A program made the translations under genes and the position numbers. A stretch of 64,000 bases of DNA from Tubulanus polymorphus (Eukaryota; Animalia; Nemertea), in NCBI RefSeq assembly GCF_964204645.1, contig NC_134030.1, forward strand, positions 9,575,222 through 9,639,221, in the 5' to 3' direction. A model generated the notes under the pieces. That model had not been told where the DNA came from, did no database searches, and saw only the letters and a list, made by a program, of their open reading frames with translations. Shown one piece after another: positions 49,112-61,030 of the stretch; the stretch's first letter is position 1; each line of letters starts with the position of its first letter.

Positions 49112-52100
49112 CTAATCAAAAACAATATTGCTTTTTTATCGCGATGACAATGCAAATAACCGCAAAACAGCGATTTCAGATTACTGCAGATAACTAAAAT
49201 CCGAATAAAAGATGAATGTAGCGAACGAATCAGTTGGGCTTAAGTAAAATGGTACCTTGTTTCTCTTTAATTGGCCGGGTCATATTTTATACCGCGATAA
49301 AATTTGTAATCAGTGTATTTCAGTTACTGCCGCGCCAGTTAGGGTTAGCTTGGTCATGATTTTAAAACAGTAATTTACAGGGTAGATAGGTGGCTTGCCG
49401 GGTCAACTAGCATTATTAAAGCCCAGCAGAAATGAGAAACAAGGTATCAATTTTTCGGCCCCTAAACAAGCATGTAAATAACTATTTCTGTCACCGCTCT
49501 ACGGTTCGTAGAATTAGATCAATCACGACGTTAGAAAATTGAAATAACACCTACGAACACGTGACCAGGGATGCAGTGGTCGACCTTGACATAAACGCCG
49601 ATTCCCACGTAGTCCTCCTTTTCGTCATCGTCGAGCATAAACGGTTCGGTGGCCACGGGCTTCTTGCGTTCTTTGGCCGAACACCTTACGGTAGGGGGTA
49701 GTAGTTTACTGATGCGCTCGAAAGGTGCCGGATGGGCGTTCGTTAAGCTGACCCGCGGTCTCGACGTCTGGGGACGTTTGCTCAAAATCGGCGTCGTCGG
49801 TACTTCATCGGTCGGGGTTTGCGGCTTCGATAGAGAACGCGTGGTCGAGAATACGAGATCGGCATCGGTGAGCGGTGTCCGCGGTTCGACGATAGCCACC
49901 TTTCGCCTGGGAGTAATTTCTGCATCCGTAGTAGTAGTAGTTTCCTGTTCATCCGTTGTATCAGGTGTATCACTCGCGAATGTTCGATTGGCCATCATTA
50001 TGTTGCGCACGGTACGCCGAAGATGTAGCCTTAATTGTTGCGGGTTCGTTATCCGGACCGGTGGAACGGGTACTTCCTCCTGCTTCGGAGTTTCGCTTTT
50101 TGTAGCCGTCAACACGGTATTCCAAGCGTTTCGTCGCAGAAAATTTACGGACGTCTCCATGTCCAAAATGACGCGTTGAAGGCCGTTTTGTGGCGTGGGA
50201 TGAAGCGGTTTCGGGACGAATTTGTGGAACTCTGGACATTTAGTGAGATCTACCAAACGCAGTATATCGCAACCACCCTGAAAATAGTAAAAGGTTTTGT
50301 TTGTACGCATGCGGGCGATAACAACATTCTAAGATAGCAAGTCGTCAAGCATACAGTGTAACCTCGTACGAATTTTGCGGGCAAAGGCGGAATTGTCGTA
50401 TTAAACGAGTTTCATCTTAAACAGAATCGTATTAACCCATTAGCACTCGTGAATTTCACTATGTACTGCTAAGTGTCTCTTACTCCCGCAGAATATTCAA
50501 GGGAAAATCCATCATTAATCACAAAACAGAATAGCTCATTTCCAGTTAATGTTTACATGTATTACAAGTTTATGTTATTTTGTAGTAAATAGTCAAGGCT
50601 TTCATTATGATATGAGATTCGATGAGGGGGACCACCAAATGTGACTTTTTGGCCCACCGAAATTCATCCAAACTTACTTGGATATAAGCGAACGCTCAGA
50701 TCTGTAATGTTCACACTCAAAATACACGAGATATTTCAAGAAGGAATTTCGAGGACACGGGTGTTATTTGTTATTAGCGGTGGGGTTCGAATCCCACTAG
50801 AACCGTTTCGCGTATAGCAGACGAAAGACTCAGGGCGGATTCGGGCGGCTTGAGATAGGCAGGACGATACGGGCAGCTGGAGTGTTAATGGGTTAATGAG
50901 GTTCAACTGTAGTTAAAAACTTGTTCGATGCATCTCTCCTCAGTGTCTCAAACAATACGAATGATATCAGGTTACACCACGCACGTGCACGCATACCTTA
51001 CTGACGAAATAAAGCCATTCGTTTACTTTCGTGCTTTCGACGATCAGCTTATTATAGCGGAATTCCTCGATTCTGCTGACGAAACACAGGTCCTCGATCA
51101 GCCCCGGTGGCCATGTACTGAACAAATCTAAAGATCTGTAATAGTCAAACACGAAACACTTAGATCGTGAGAGACAAACTTCGCTTTGTCTTAATTTGGC
51201 GAGGGAAATTTTAATCCGTCTCCCTCAGCCTAGACGGCTATCCCGCAGCGGTGATTATCTGTTCGTCTTAAGAGTAGAGAAAATGCGCGTGTAAACACGG
51301 AGAAAATTTCAGTAGTGGATTTTCGTGCTCTTACCGTAAAAACTCCTTCCTGTATTGTAATTCTCCCATCATGACGTCATACAGCCCGTGCTCCATGAAG
51401 TCCTCTCTATCGACGGCTAGCAATTCGGTGTCTTCGAAACAAACTATGGAAGCGTTCCTGGTGGTATTTTTCAGCAACGCGATTTCCTAGAAACATTAAA
51501 TCAGAGAATGATCATCGTTTACTGCGATTCGTAGGTGGAGATTTGAAACTTATCTTTCGAGAAAATTGTCGCGGCCTATACCCCGAATACTTCTCCTTTG
51601 CGTAGTATCGACACTTCCGGTCGGACGAAGATGCTGTCACTGTCGGTATCGAACACGACCGACACTGCTCCGGAGAATATGAAGTAGAAACTGTGGCCCA
51701 CGTGACCTTTCCGCACGATAACTCGCTTCTTGTTAAAACTATATAGATAGATGATTTAAAAAAAGGTCCGGATTAAAGGGGAATGATTTGAGGAGATATT
51801 TTCTCCCATTACAGAGAAAAGAAACATCGGTTATTCCGGATTCCAACGTCCGAAATTTCGTCACCAAATTATTCCTATTTTGGGTTCAATGATATCATTA
51901 TTATTTTTTTTCGTTACATGGTTTTCTGTGGGTGGAAAATTCTTGATTCTCGAATTTAGAAAAGAAAAACTATTCTTTTTACTACAGTGGAACCTCGATA
52001 ATACGAATGTTGAGGGCAAAAGTGAAATTGTCGTTTTAAATGGGTTTCGTATCATCTTAATCTTGATTGATATAAATATGTTAACCGGGGCCAATCATCG

Positions 52101-54696
52101 TGATAAACGGGTTTCGTCTTTAACAGAATCGTATTCACGAGACTCCACTTTACAGATCTTCTAAACGTTATCACGCTGCAGTTTTCAGAGAGACAGCCAG
52201 GGAAGGTTTTTTCAAATTTTGCAATTCGCAGCTATGGAGAAGCACATTCACATTCATAGATATCTTACTTGCAGTAGCGCACAACGCGACACAGTAGATA
52301 TTGCATACGTTGCGTGTATTTACGGAAACTGTGTAGTCCTCGCATGAGACTGGCGATCGATGCGAGTTCGTCGTCCGTTCTTTTGTCGGGTCGTTTTTCG
52401 ACCACTCGCTTCGCATAATCCGGCCAAGTCAACTGGAAGTCGAAACGAACGGTCAAGCGAATCGGTAGATTCACCAGGAAAAGAAGAACTCAAAATGCAT
52501 ATTACTATTGCATCGATGAAAATGATTCACATTTAGTTCAATTTGAAGCATGATCTAAATAACAGAACTGATTTTAATTTTTTTAAATTTTGTACATTTT
52601 TCTGCTCTCCTTTGACAGTAGATTCATACTTGCACTTGAATCTCATTTTTCACGTTAAATCTCTTAAATAAATAGTTGTTTTCATAACTGATACCACATG
52701 ATCGGACAACAAACACCTCATAAACAGGAATTTTCCATTTCTTGAAAACGCTTTCAAAATACGCTTTAGAAGAAATATATGACCAATTCTTAATGTGCGG
52801 ACTCGTCTCATCGATCCGGGGTTTGTGGGTTCGAATCCTGGTGGTGACGGGTTCGCAGTCGATGTCACTTCTCTGGCCTCTTACCCCCACTAAAAAGGGT
52901 TAAAGAAAAAGTGAAGCCCTAATACCGCCATGCGTTACGTCCAGATGGTTGAAAAAATATTCTACCTCAGCTTTGCGTTTGAAATCCCTCGGGTTGAACG
53001 AAACTTCTTCTAAATTACCATCTTCGTTTTGTGTGACACCTAATTTCCTTTTCGTGGGGATGTCGATGTGCATGCTTTCTAAGTCGATGTAACCAGACCT
53101 GCTGTACTTTCTCAAGGCCGAACACACGGCGCACATCATTCGCACAACGCGAGCCCATTTTCGCCATATCAGTATTGGCTGTTGATGTATACGGAAAGTC
53201 GTTTGTTGTATGCGATTTCAAATCTTCTAGATTCAAACGTTTCGTAATGGGGTATCGGCACAAACCAGACTCAATTATACGTAGTTCTTTTTCAATTAAC
53301 TTTTATTTTTAGGCTCCGTAATGGAAATGTTGTCAAATAAGTCATCAAATAGATATAAGATTGACATTTCCAATAAGTGTATGGTATGGTTTTATTAGAA
53401 ATTTACTAATGAGATTTAATTTAGAATTTACTAATGAGAAACGATTGATAGAACACTATATCCGTGTTGACGCGATGTAGAGAGAATACCACAATTATAA
53501 CGAAAAATTCCGAAAATGAAACTTCGAGATATTAGTTTATTTCAACGTTTCGACTATATCCTAATAGTCATCTTCAGGAATAATGAAGATGACTATTAGG
53601 ATATAGTCGAAACGTTGCAATAAACTACTATCTCGAAGTTTCATTTTCGGACTTTTTCGTTATAATTGTGGGATTCTCTCTACTAATGAGAAAAGTTGAC
53701 TCGAATTCAATTGAAATGTAGAAGAAATTGAAGCGCGGTTACCGAGTAACTACTAGCGAACCTGGTGGATCCTTACCTGCCACACGTGGAATCCTCGATT
53801 GCCACAGTAGCGGTGTCGGTACCGAACTGAAGTAAAATTCAATACTTACCCGTGGTTTGTTACGTATGTCTATTTTATCTGCCGCTTTCTGAAAAATTAT
53901 GGAATCAAAACTTTTTTTCAGAAAATTCGAAACATGATATATATGCAGAACTTTAAAAGTCATAATCTATGGTTAGAAAATAAAAGCAGACTTATGTTTC
54001 GCTTAGCTGTTTATGTTTCTTCTGAAAATAGGAAATATAGCTGAAATAGATATTTTCAAAATGAATGAATTCACGATTTTTTTTTCAACGTGCGGTTGAA
54101 ATATGCCGTCCTCGGTTTCACGTCGTCACTGCTATCAAATGTTGCGTTCGAAAAGGCCGAACATCGCCATAAAAAATCTGCATTTCATTTCCTTAACAAT
54201 GATGAATTAAGTTTTTCAAGCAAGTGACTATATCATCCCACAAACGGAGTGTAATCGTAATTTGTAAATTTCTGTAATTTTTTGCTGTCGACAATTTTTG
54301 TATCCTGCGCTCGAAAAGATTGTAAAATTTCTGGAGCAATGAATTTATATCTGAATCGAAATCGGGGGACCGCTCCAAAGTGGGCGCCTAGAGAACCTGG
54401 AAACTTATACCGTAGATATGTGAGTGAATGATGGCATTCATTGCGGGGTTAGTGATATAATGGATTAAAGGCTGTGTATATCTATATACCTTCGATTTGT
54501 TTTGTATTCCGTCGGTGAATACATCGTCGTCTTCTTCTACCAGGGTTATCAGAGTGCTGGTCGATTTCGCGTGCTTAAGACTGGGCTGTCGCTTTTTCGG
54601 AGTCGGAATGTTCGTACCGCGAAGGGCGAAGTGCACTTTGGTCGCCGCCTTCACGGCTGCCTTTCGGTCGCGGTCACTTCTTTTTATATCGGACAT
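48689..54696 (-). CDS. CNBD2: Cyclic nucleotide-binding domain-containing protein 2-like (two CNB domains, about 725 aa, 8 coding exons)
   Basis: Exons 54490-54696, 52966-53178, 52269-52432, 51582-51738, 51335-51486, 50997-51135, 49555-50277 and 48689-49111. All are GT-AG and phase-consistent (2178 nt). CNB1 reads RVIVRKGHVGHSFYFIFSGAVSV...LRKGEVFG|EIALLKNTTRNASIVC. CNB2 reads LFSTWP...WLYFVSK|GGCDILR...[insert]...GHVF|GISSL...SLVSKGAEVI. The family call is from recalled architecture. Confidence 0.82.
49555..50277 (-). CDS. CNBD2: CNBD2-like exon 7 (CNB2 with long insertion)
   Basis: Within ORF 49531..50310; tttcag|GGCDILRL...VKVDHCIPGHVF|gtaggt; 723 nt. Confidence 0.88.
50354..50909. mobile_element. 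Tigger/pogo-type (Tc1-mariner) MITE interrupted by the piggyBac MITE
   Basis: TA-CAGTGTAACCTCG ... GAGGTTCAACTG-TA; related uninterrupted copy at about 51982-52152. Confidence 0.65.
50436..50892. mobile_element. piggyBac-type MITE
   Basis: TTAA TSD on both sides; TIRs CCCATTAGCACTC / GAGTGTTAATGGG. Confidence 0.75.
50997..51135 (-). CDS. CNBD2: CNBD2-like exon 6 (start of CNB2)
   Basis: SLDLFSTWPPGLIEDLCFVSRIEEFRYNKLIVESTKVNEWLYFVSK. Confidence 0.88.
51335..51486 (-). CDS. CNBD2: CNBD2-like exon 5 (phosphate-binding cassette)
   Basis: EIALLKNTTRNASIVCFEDTELLAVDREDFMEHGL... Confidence 0.92.
51582..51738 (-). CDS. CNBD2: CNBD2-like exon 4 (CNB1 beta-barrel)
   Basis: FNKKRVIVRKGHVGHSFYFIFSGAVSVV...ILRKGEVFG. 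Confidence 0.92.
51982..52152. mobile_element. Tigger/pogo-type MITE
   Basis: TACAGTGGAACCTCGATAATACGAAT ... ATCGTATTCACGAGACTCCACTTTA. Confidence 0.6.
52269..52432 (-). CDS. CNBD2: CNBD2-like exon 3
   Basis: LTWPDYAKRVVEKRPDKRTDDEL...FRKYTQRMQYLLCRVVRYC; ttccag / gtaaga. Confidence 0.88.
52966..53178 (-). CDS. CNBD2: CNBD2-like exon 2
   Basis: aacag|PILIWRKWARVVRMMCAVC...VSFNPRDFKRKAE|gtagaa. Confidence 0.82.
53442..53683 (-). mobile_element. Penelope-like inverted-pLTR (foldback) insertion in CNBD2-like intron 1
   Basis: About 100-bp near-perfect inverted arms (53477-53576 / 53584-53683) plus a 35-bp one-sided extension. Flanked by the direct repeat TACTAATGAGAAA (53429-53441, 53681-53693). 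Hammerhead motif at the centre. Confidence 0.75.
53541..53580 (-). ncRNA. Minimal hammerhead ribozyme motif within a foldback insertion
   Basis: Minus strand TTC-CTGAAGA-T-GACTAT-taggat-ATAGTC-GAAA-CG-TT-GAA, followed by AATAAA. Confidence 0.7.
54490..54696 (-). CDS. CNBD2: CNBD2-like coding exon 1
   Basis: MSDIKRSDRDRK...QNKSK|gtatat, 207 nt, phase 0. Confidence 0.7.
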
Positions 54697-57600
54697 TTCG
54701 GTGAACGAAAATACTGATTAGTATTTGTGTATATGATTTACAGGGTATATATGTTATATACAGGATTGTTCACGATTTCTCATCTACATAGCATATCAGT
54801 AACATTTCTCAGAATCTTATTCCGTGATTTTACGTTTTTCGATCAATGTTCGAAACTTAAGAACTACGAAACACACAGATTATCAGAGCTTTATTCCACA
54901 TGCCGCTATCATCATCATTATCATCGATGTCCTGTTTTTCTTTCGATTATTTTTTTCAATCCAGAAATTTCGCCTATCTAGTGTTCAAAACTTACGTACC
55001 AACTCGCGTTAAAGGTATACAAATCCGATCACGCCGTTCGTGTTAAGGTGATATAATAAAGCAAAAAAAAACTGTCAAATAAAGAAACTGTTAATAATTT
55101 ACGCTATTTAAAACACTCTCTGGAAACACCCGTAGCGCGTACGTACGCATATATAATACAGTAAATATATGCATATCTGAGGCAAGTGTAGTTTCTTACT
55201 TTACCTTATTGTAAGAAATAACCAATAGACAGTACCACGTCACGGTATCATGTTTATTGGGGGTACTTAGTCTGTTTTGTTCGTGACTAATTTGCTGTCG
55301 AGCGCCGGCCAACCCAAACGAAAAATTCAATGCGCGGATTACCGAAACTGAACGAGGCCCTCGGGTCGTGCGCTAATCTAATATATATATAATGCTTTAC
55401 AAAATCGTCGTTTACCGAAAAACGACCCGCGGGGAAAGTTTTTTTTCTCCGGTTTTCGACGTCAGTAAGTTAATAAGCCGGCGCGTACGATGAAAATGAC
55501 GACGAAAATCGAAATCGTGTTGTAAATAGCCAACACAGTAAAACAAAACATGAAGAATCATCAGGGAAAGAAAAAATTTATTCAATATTTCTCTTCGGAA
55601 GATAGCCGACTTTGTTTTCTTTTTAATTCCCCGCATAATCTATTGCTTCAATGATTGTGATCATATTTTTTCACAAAAATATTCATAGACGATGATGGTC
55701 TCCCAATAGATGCCTCTGTGACCTGGCTGCTTTATCCAAGAAATGCTCTTTCTTTTCTTCTGGACGCAGGCCTTACGATTTTCCTAGATCCGCCCCTGTC
55801 TGAATACATTTAGCAGAACTGTTGCGTTAACTTCGATTGTATTAATGGTTCAATTAATAAAATGGAATGTTGCTGCTCGGCTCAAATAGCGCATGATTGC
55901 CAGATCAAGGTGAAAGGTCATTTTCTCGTTATGAATACATCAATAAGTATAGTGTTGAAAAGTATTTTAGTTGAAAGAACTTGGCGATAGTGGTAAATAC
56001 ATCACCATCTATCCACGCCACTATGAACAAATCGTAGATAACAGGTAGTTCGATCGAGTCGTTCATAAACTAGCTCGCCACCTATTGAAATAATACAACA
56101 TTCACCGGAGTCGATATGAGCTTAAAGCCACGGAGCTTTTGGACAATGCTCGTATCTGAAATATTGGTTGAACCATGACGTAGTTCAACGTTTAAGTTTC
56201 GGTTTTATTGCAATCATTAGAATACGATCGTCACAAAGGTCAACATAGATAGTGCGAAAAGAAACAAAACAACAGAGAAATAATGTATACGAAGCTATAT
56301 GAAAAGGAATTCAATCAATAAGTTGTCTATTGAATTTGGACTTTGGGTTGCCATTTGGGGGGCTTTAGAGGTATAAAACTTGAAGATATAAGAAGTAACT
56401 TTTAGCCACTTTTAGAAATTTCTGCAACAAACCCAACATCCGAATTGTTAAATTCTACAAACGATGGTATCATTTCTGAAACTGCTAAATTCATACATGC
56501 CGGTCTCAAAAGGCTTAAAAGTTCAAGTTTGCATCTATTTTCTTTTTAGATGACGATTTTATTTTTGTAGATCCGCTATGTACCGAAAGTTTTGGTTGAA
56601 GTGTAATAAACTATCGTATGGGGTTTTATACACCGGAATTCGAGCTAAATTCGGTCCAATAAAAGTATCATCCTGTTCCAGGTGACATAAGTTTTAAAAC
56701 ATTTAAGTAATGTTGATAACAATAAAGTCATAGTTAAAGACTCATAATAATCGTCAAGTAAAACCATGGGCTATAGAAAAGTTTGACCCGAGTGGGAGTT
56801 GACTCAGAATTCAAAATTAGACCGTTTTCAAAAGTTGAATTTCAACACAAATAACTTCTGAAAAGGACCTGTTTGGTGTTGTGGTAATAAATTACTAATC
56901 TTCTTCTTCGACATGACCGTATACTATCGGCAAAAAGATATTCACGATTATTTCTAGGCAGCCTTGCGAAGCATGATCTATTAAGACGTACTGAATAGCG
57001 GCGCACGATTTTTAAGCCTCGGGAACAATAGGCCGGATCGTCGTCAAACAGTACTGTCCTATTATGGCGCTGAACACGTTCGTCGATTGGTAGTTAGACT
57101 AATTTCCAAATATTTGTGTTGCGAACGAGCGAGTTTCGACGAACGCGGCACGGCGCTCAAAGCGAGATAAACATCCCACATCGGCAGCAAAATCGACAGA
57201 AATAACGACGCCGGGTACCGCGGTCAGCAAACGTTTCATGGACATTATCCGTATATGACTGACTCGTAAGAAATTTAATCTAGGTAAGGACATTTTCGCT
57301 TCTAAATGAAGTAACAAGTCCATAGGGTAATAATCCAGGTATGTGGTAAATGGATATCTACTTAGTTTATGGTTTATGTATTTATGTTTGTTCGAATTCT
57401 TTTCGAGAACTTAAAAAGAAATTTCAATGAAATGCGTGGAATGTGCATATAGTTCACTGCTTACCAATTGACTCCAAAAGGGGATTATCTACAGAAATGT
57501 GTTAGTATGCGTATGAGTATTTTGTGAATGATTTGATTCTTGTTGATAAACACGATGAATTCTTGTCCATATAAACACGACGTATTTAAACATTTTCTTT

Positions 57601-59569
57601 GGTATGCAATTGAGACAGTTTATTCTACGTCGAGTACTTTTTCTACAAAAAACGTGATGTCTACCGAAAGATCTACTTCATTCCTTATCGATAAAATATA
57701 TATTTTAGACTGATTGTCGAAATACATATCATTATTGATTCTATCGTTTTTATTGGCCAATGCACGATTGTCTAAATTTTGTGTATTTCTGGTCATATTC
57801 CGCCTACAACGCTGGAATGAAAAGCATTTGAACGGACTGTTCACACTTTGTAATTACGATGCCCAACACTAAAAACTGAATTGATACGATTGGGTTTGAA
57901 TTCCGACAATGTTGCCGATTGAAAATGGGAGATACGAAAGCCCAAAGAACTAAATCGATACAATCTGTGTTCCGACCACATGTTGCCGATTGAAACTGGG
58001 AGAAACGAAAGCAACCCCCCCCCCCAAATGATCGACTTTGTACCCTAAATGTTACCTAGAAAACCTACACCTATTTTTGTAACGGAGTGTGCTTTCTTTG
58101 GAGATTTAACAAGACGGAACAAAACAATTTGTAAACCTACTCCGAAATTCAAGAAGGTTTACCATGTCATTTAGTTCATATAACCCAAATACCTCCAAGA
58201 AGCTAGCAGTATTCATTTGAAGAGGCAGATAGCCTCATCACCTACGAGTAATCACCTTAAGATATTCGCCGTAGGTCTCATATAATCAGCGTTGGGTACA
58301 TCTATTTGTGCATCTATCGATACATACTTATGTGATGTGTAATGTAAACGTTTTATAAAAGGAAATATTGTACAATTTCTGTGTTTATGAATCTCATTCG
58401 CTGGCGTTGTCACTTCTGAATCGGAATCTGTACCAGTAATTGATATTTGTTTACGATTTGTCTTCTGACATGCACGCGTGAAACTGTAATAACTTTCTAT
58501 CGGTTGTTTCGTTTTGTCAGTGATCCATTGTATTCTTCTATACATGAGTCATCGCGAACTGATATTTGTCGCGCTCAAACACCGCGCGCGAGTTTTACGC
58601 GAATCCCATTCCATGACACTTCAAAGTGTTTGGCTATTCCGCTCGTTACTATGCGCACTACACGTAGAATTACCTGCGTCATACTACGTGCCATAGTCTC
58701 TCTCAGCTAGATTCCGTACATGGTTTTGTCGATCATGATTATTACTACTATCATTATCATTCTTATTATCATCATCGTCATTACATCCAAAAAGGGCATT
58801 CGAATCGCCGCCAATGATTTTCTTTTTTTCTATAATTAATTATATTCTATTTCTATAATTCCCTTCAATCCGAATGTGAAAGGCGCAGAAAACCCATTAT
58901 CATTGCTAAACAGCTATATTTAAGATGATAATTATCACTATCATTTCTTTATCCAATAATTGTACGTACGTGACGTCAACAATATATACATGCATAAAGC
59001 GTTAAGTTTTTTCCTTGTATTGTATCATAAAAAAGTACTTGTTGAAAAGCTAATAATAATCTATAAATAGTTTAGTTTATTATTCTTTATCAAAGTGTGT
59101 ACTAGACTAGTACGACGGATAATCAAGAAAAACTCATTTTAACAAAATAATTCAATACAGCATTTCATATTGAAAACATAGAAATATTGTTGATGCGGTA
59201 GCTATATTTTACTCTTTTTCGTCGCCTTTTCGTCGACGTATACACGTGCCATGAGAAAAGTTAGTTTTTAAAATGTTGTCGTTTCGAATAAGATTCGTGT
59301 AGATTTTGTATTATTGGCGTTCGCCGCAGTATATGTTGTTCTCACGTTCCCGTCAATATATACCGTTAAATATCATTGACGCAAGTTCAGCGTTTTGTAT
59401 GGGCCAAATTTCTGCATTAAATTCTTTTTCTTTTCCCCACCGTAGTCTACAGTAAAAGAAGAAGACCCATTCGTCGTTCGTGATATTATTCTGTGCACAG
59501 AATGAGGCCAATGGAACAATGTGTACAAACGACAGCTAACTTAATATCTGGGCAGTAAATTCTTTGATT

Positions 59570-60015
59570 TTTTGACGCCGTTCATAAGCCGTTACAATAA
59601 TATTTATATACATTGATACCTGGTAGGCGTTTTACAAGGGGTTCTGTTTGAGTCGATGTGCACTACGTTGTCGATATTGACGTTTTGAAATAACAAAGTG
59701 AATTGTATCGTTTATTTTGTAGTTGAATATATTTCATAACTCTATTTATTTTTTGATAACTTTTGATAATAATTTTTCGAGGATGTGCACTGGGTGCAAC
59801 TGCTTCATCAATATAGCGGGCGAGACTGGTTGCCGGTAAATTCAATTCAATTATCGATATTTAAATTCAAAATAACATTATTCATCCTTAATTCTTTTTT
59901 AGATGTATTTTTCAGTTTACGCATTTTTTCATTAATCATTATAATAATTATTATTATTATCATTATTATTATTATTATTAAGCAACATACGTGTGTTATT
60001 TTTCAAGGCGTCAAT
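59570..60015 (+). repeat. Dispersed repeat family of about 400 bp; other copies at about 36250-36620 and 38805-39160
   Basis: Shared ttgacgcc...atacattgata...gtcgatgtgcactacgt...ggttgccggtcaaattcaattcaat...aaggcgtcaa; ends ttgacgcc / ggcgtcaa are inverted. Confidence 0.65.
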
Positions 60016-60784
60016 AAACTTTCTCAAGTTAGTCTTCTTGCTAATAACAATTAACGCAAGCGATGCGCCGAATATTACCTAGCTACGCCAATCCATGGAT
60101 ACTTCATATTTTGAAGTCGAATATGACGCTTGTGAGCTTTATGTGACGTTTCTGCACTACCCTCCACACCTAGGGAGTTGCCCTTTCGAACGGTCTACTT
60201 TGGACGTGATTCTGGGACAATCTTCCACTATTCAACTTAGCTCTAATGTGTTTGTTTATGAATTAGCTATAACTAATAGCGGCTATTATAGGCATATACA
60301 TATAACGATCAAATATACGTTCGCTTCAATACATTGAACCGCAAAACTAATATGCTTTTGCGGTCTGCAAACTCATCGTATATCCGTGCGACCGCAATAG
60401 ATCTGGTTCGTTAAGGTTCATTAAACCCTATCATTTTTTGTGCCGTTGCAATTTTCTCAGTCGTTTCGTATGTTTATTCTCTATTTTGATATGTTAAGCC
60501 CTCAATGATAAGCATATCAATTGCGGTTAAGACGTCACACGTCGGTGACGTAAATCACGTTCAACTCAACTATCGTAACGCGATGTAGATTGGGAATTTC
60601 TCGCGAACGGAATAGCGAAAACGCTGACGCACGCGCATGCTTGGTTCAAACAAAATTTGACCAATTGTATCGTCATTCATATTAGAACTTTTTGTTGCCG
60701 ATACGAAATACTAATTCAAGAAATCATATTTATCTATCTAAGTGCATTATCAGATTTATTACTAAGGCCAGTCGGATGTGATTT

Positions 60785-61030
60785 GTGATCAGCCAGAACT
60801 ACAAAATAATGAATTCAGTTGAGCATAACAATCGTTTGTATCGTAGATTTCTACGAAATAGTACAATCGAGAAGAAAGACAGATGTGTCTATTACAAAAA
60901 TATATTAAAAAAGCTTTTAAAACGCGCAGAGAACGATTATTATGCAGATAGGTTACTGGCAACAGAACATAAATTGAAACAATTTTGGAGAATAATAACA
61001 ATATTGTGGGCAAAACAATAAAATGCTGAT
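60785..61030 (+). mobile_element. Degenerate LINE ORF2 fragment (linker between endonuclease and RT, CR1/L2-like)
   Basis: LYRRFL...YYKNILKKLLKRAENDYYADRL....KLKQFWRII resembles the Y..YRN.L..LIR.AK..YY.......K..W..I linker motif. Confidence 0.55.

Noticed and set aside
49649-50337. Plus-strand ORFs; also 18623-19258, 44114-44389 and 54497-54721
   Set aside because: They are antisense shadows of real minus-strand exons
52790-52895. tRNA gene at GGGTTCGAATCC
   Set aside because: Only a B-box-like motif with no cloverleaf; at most a degenerate SINE head
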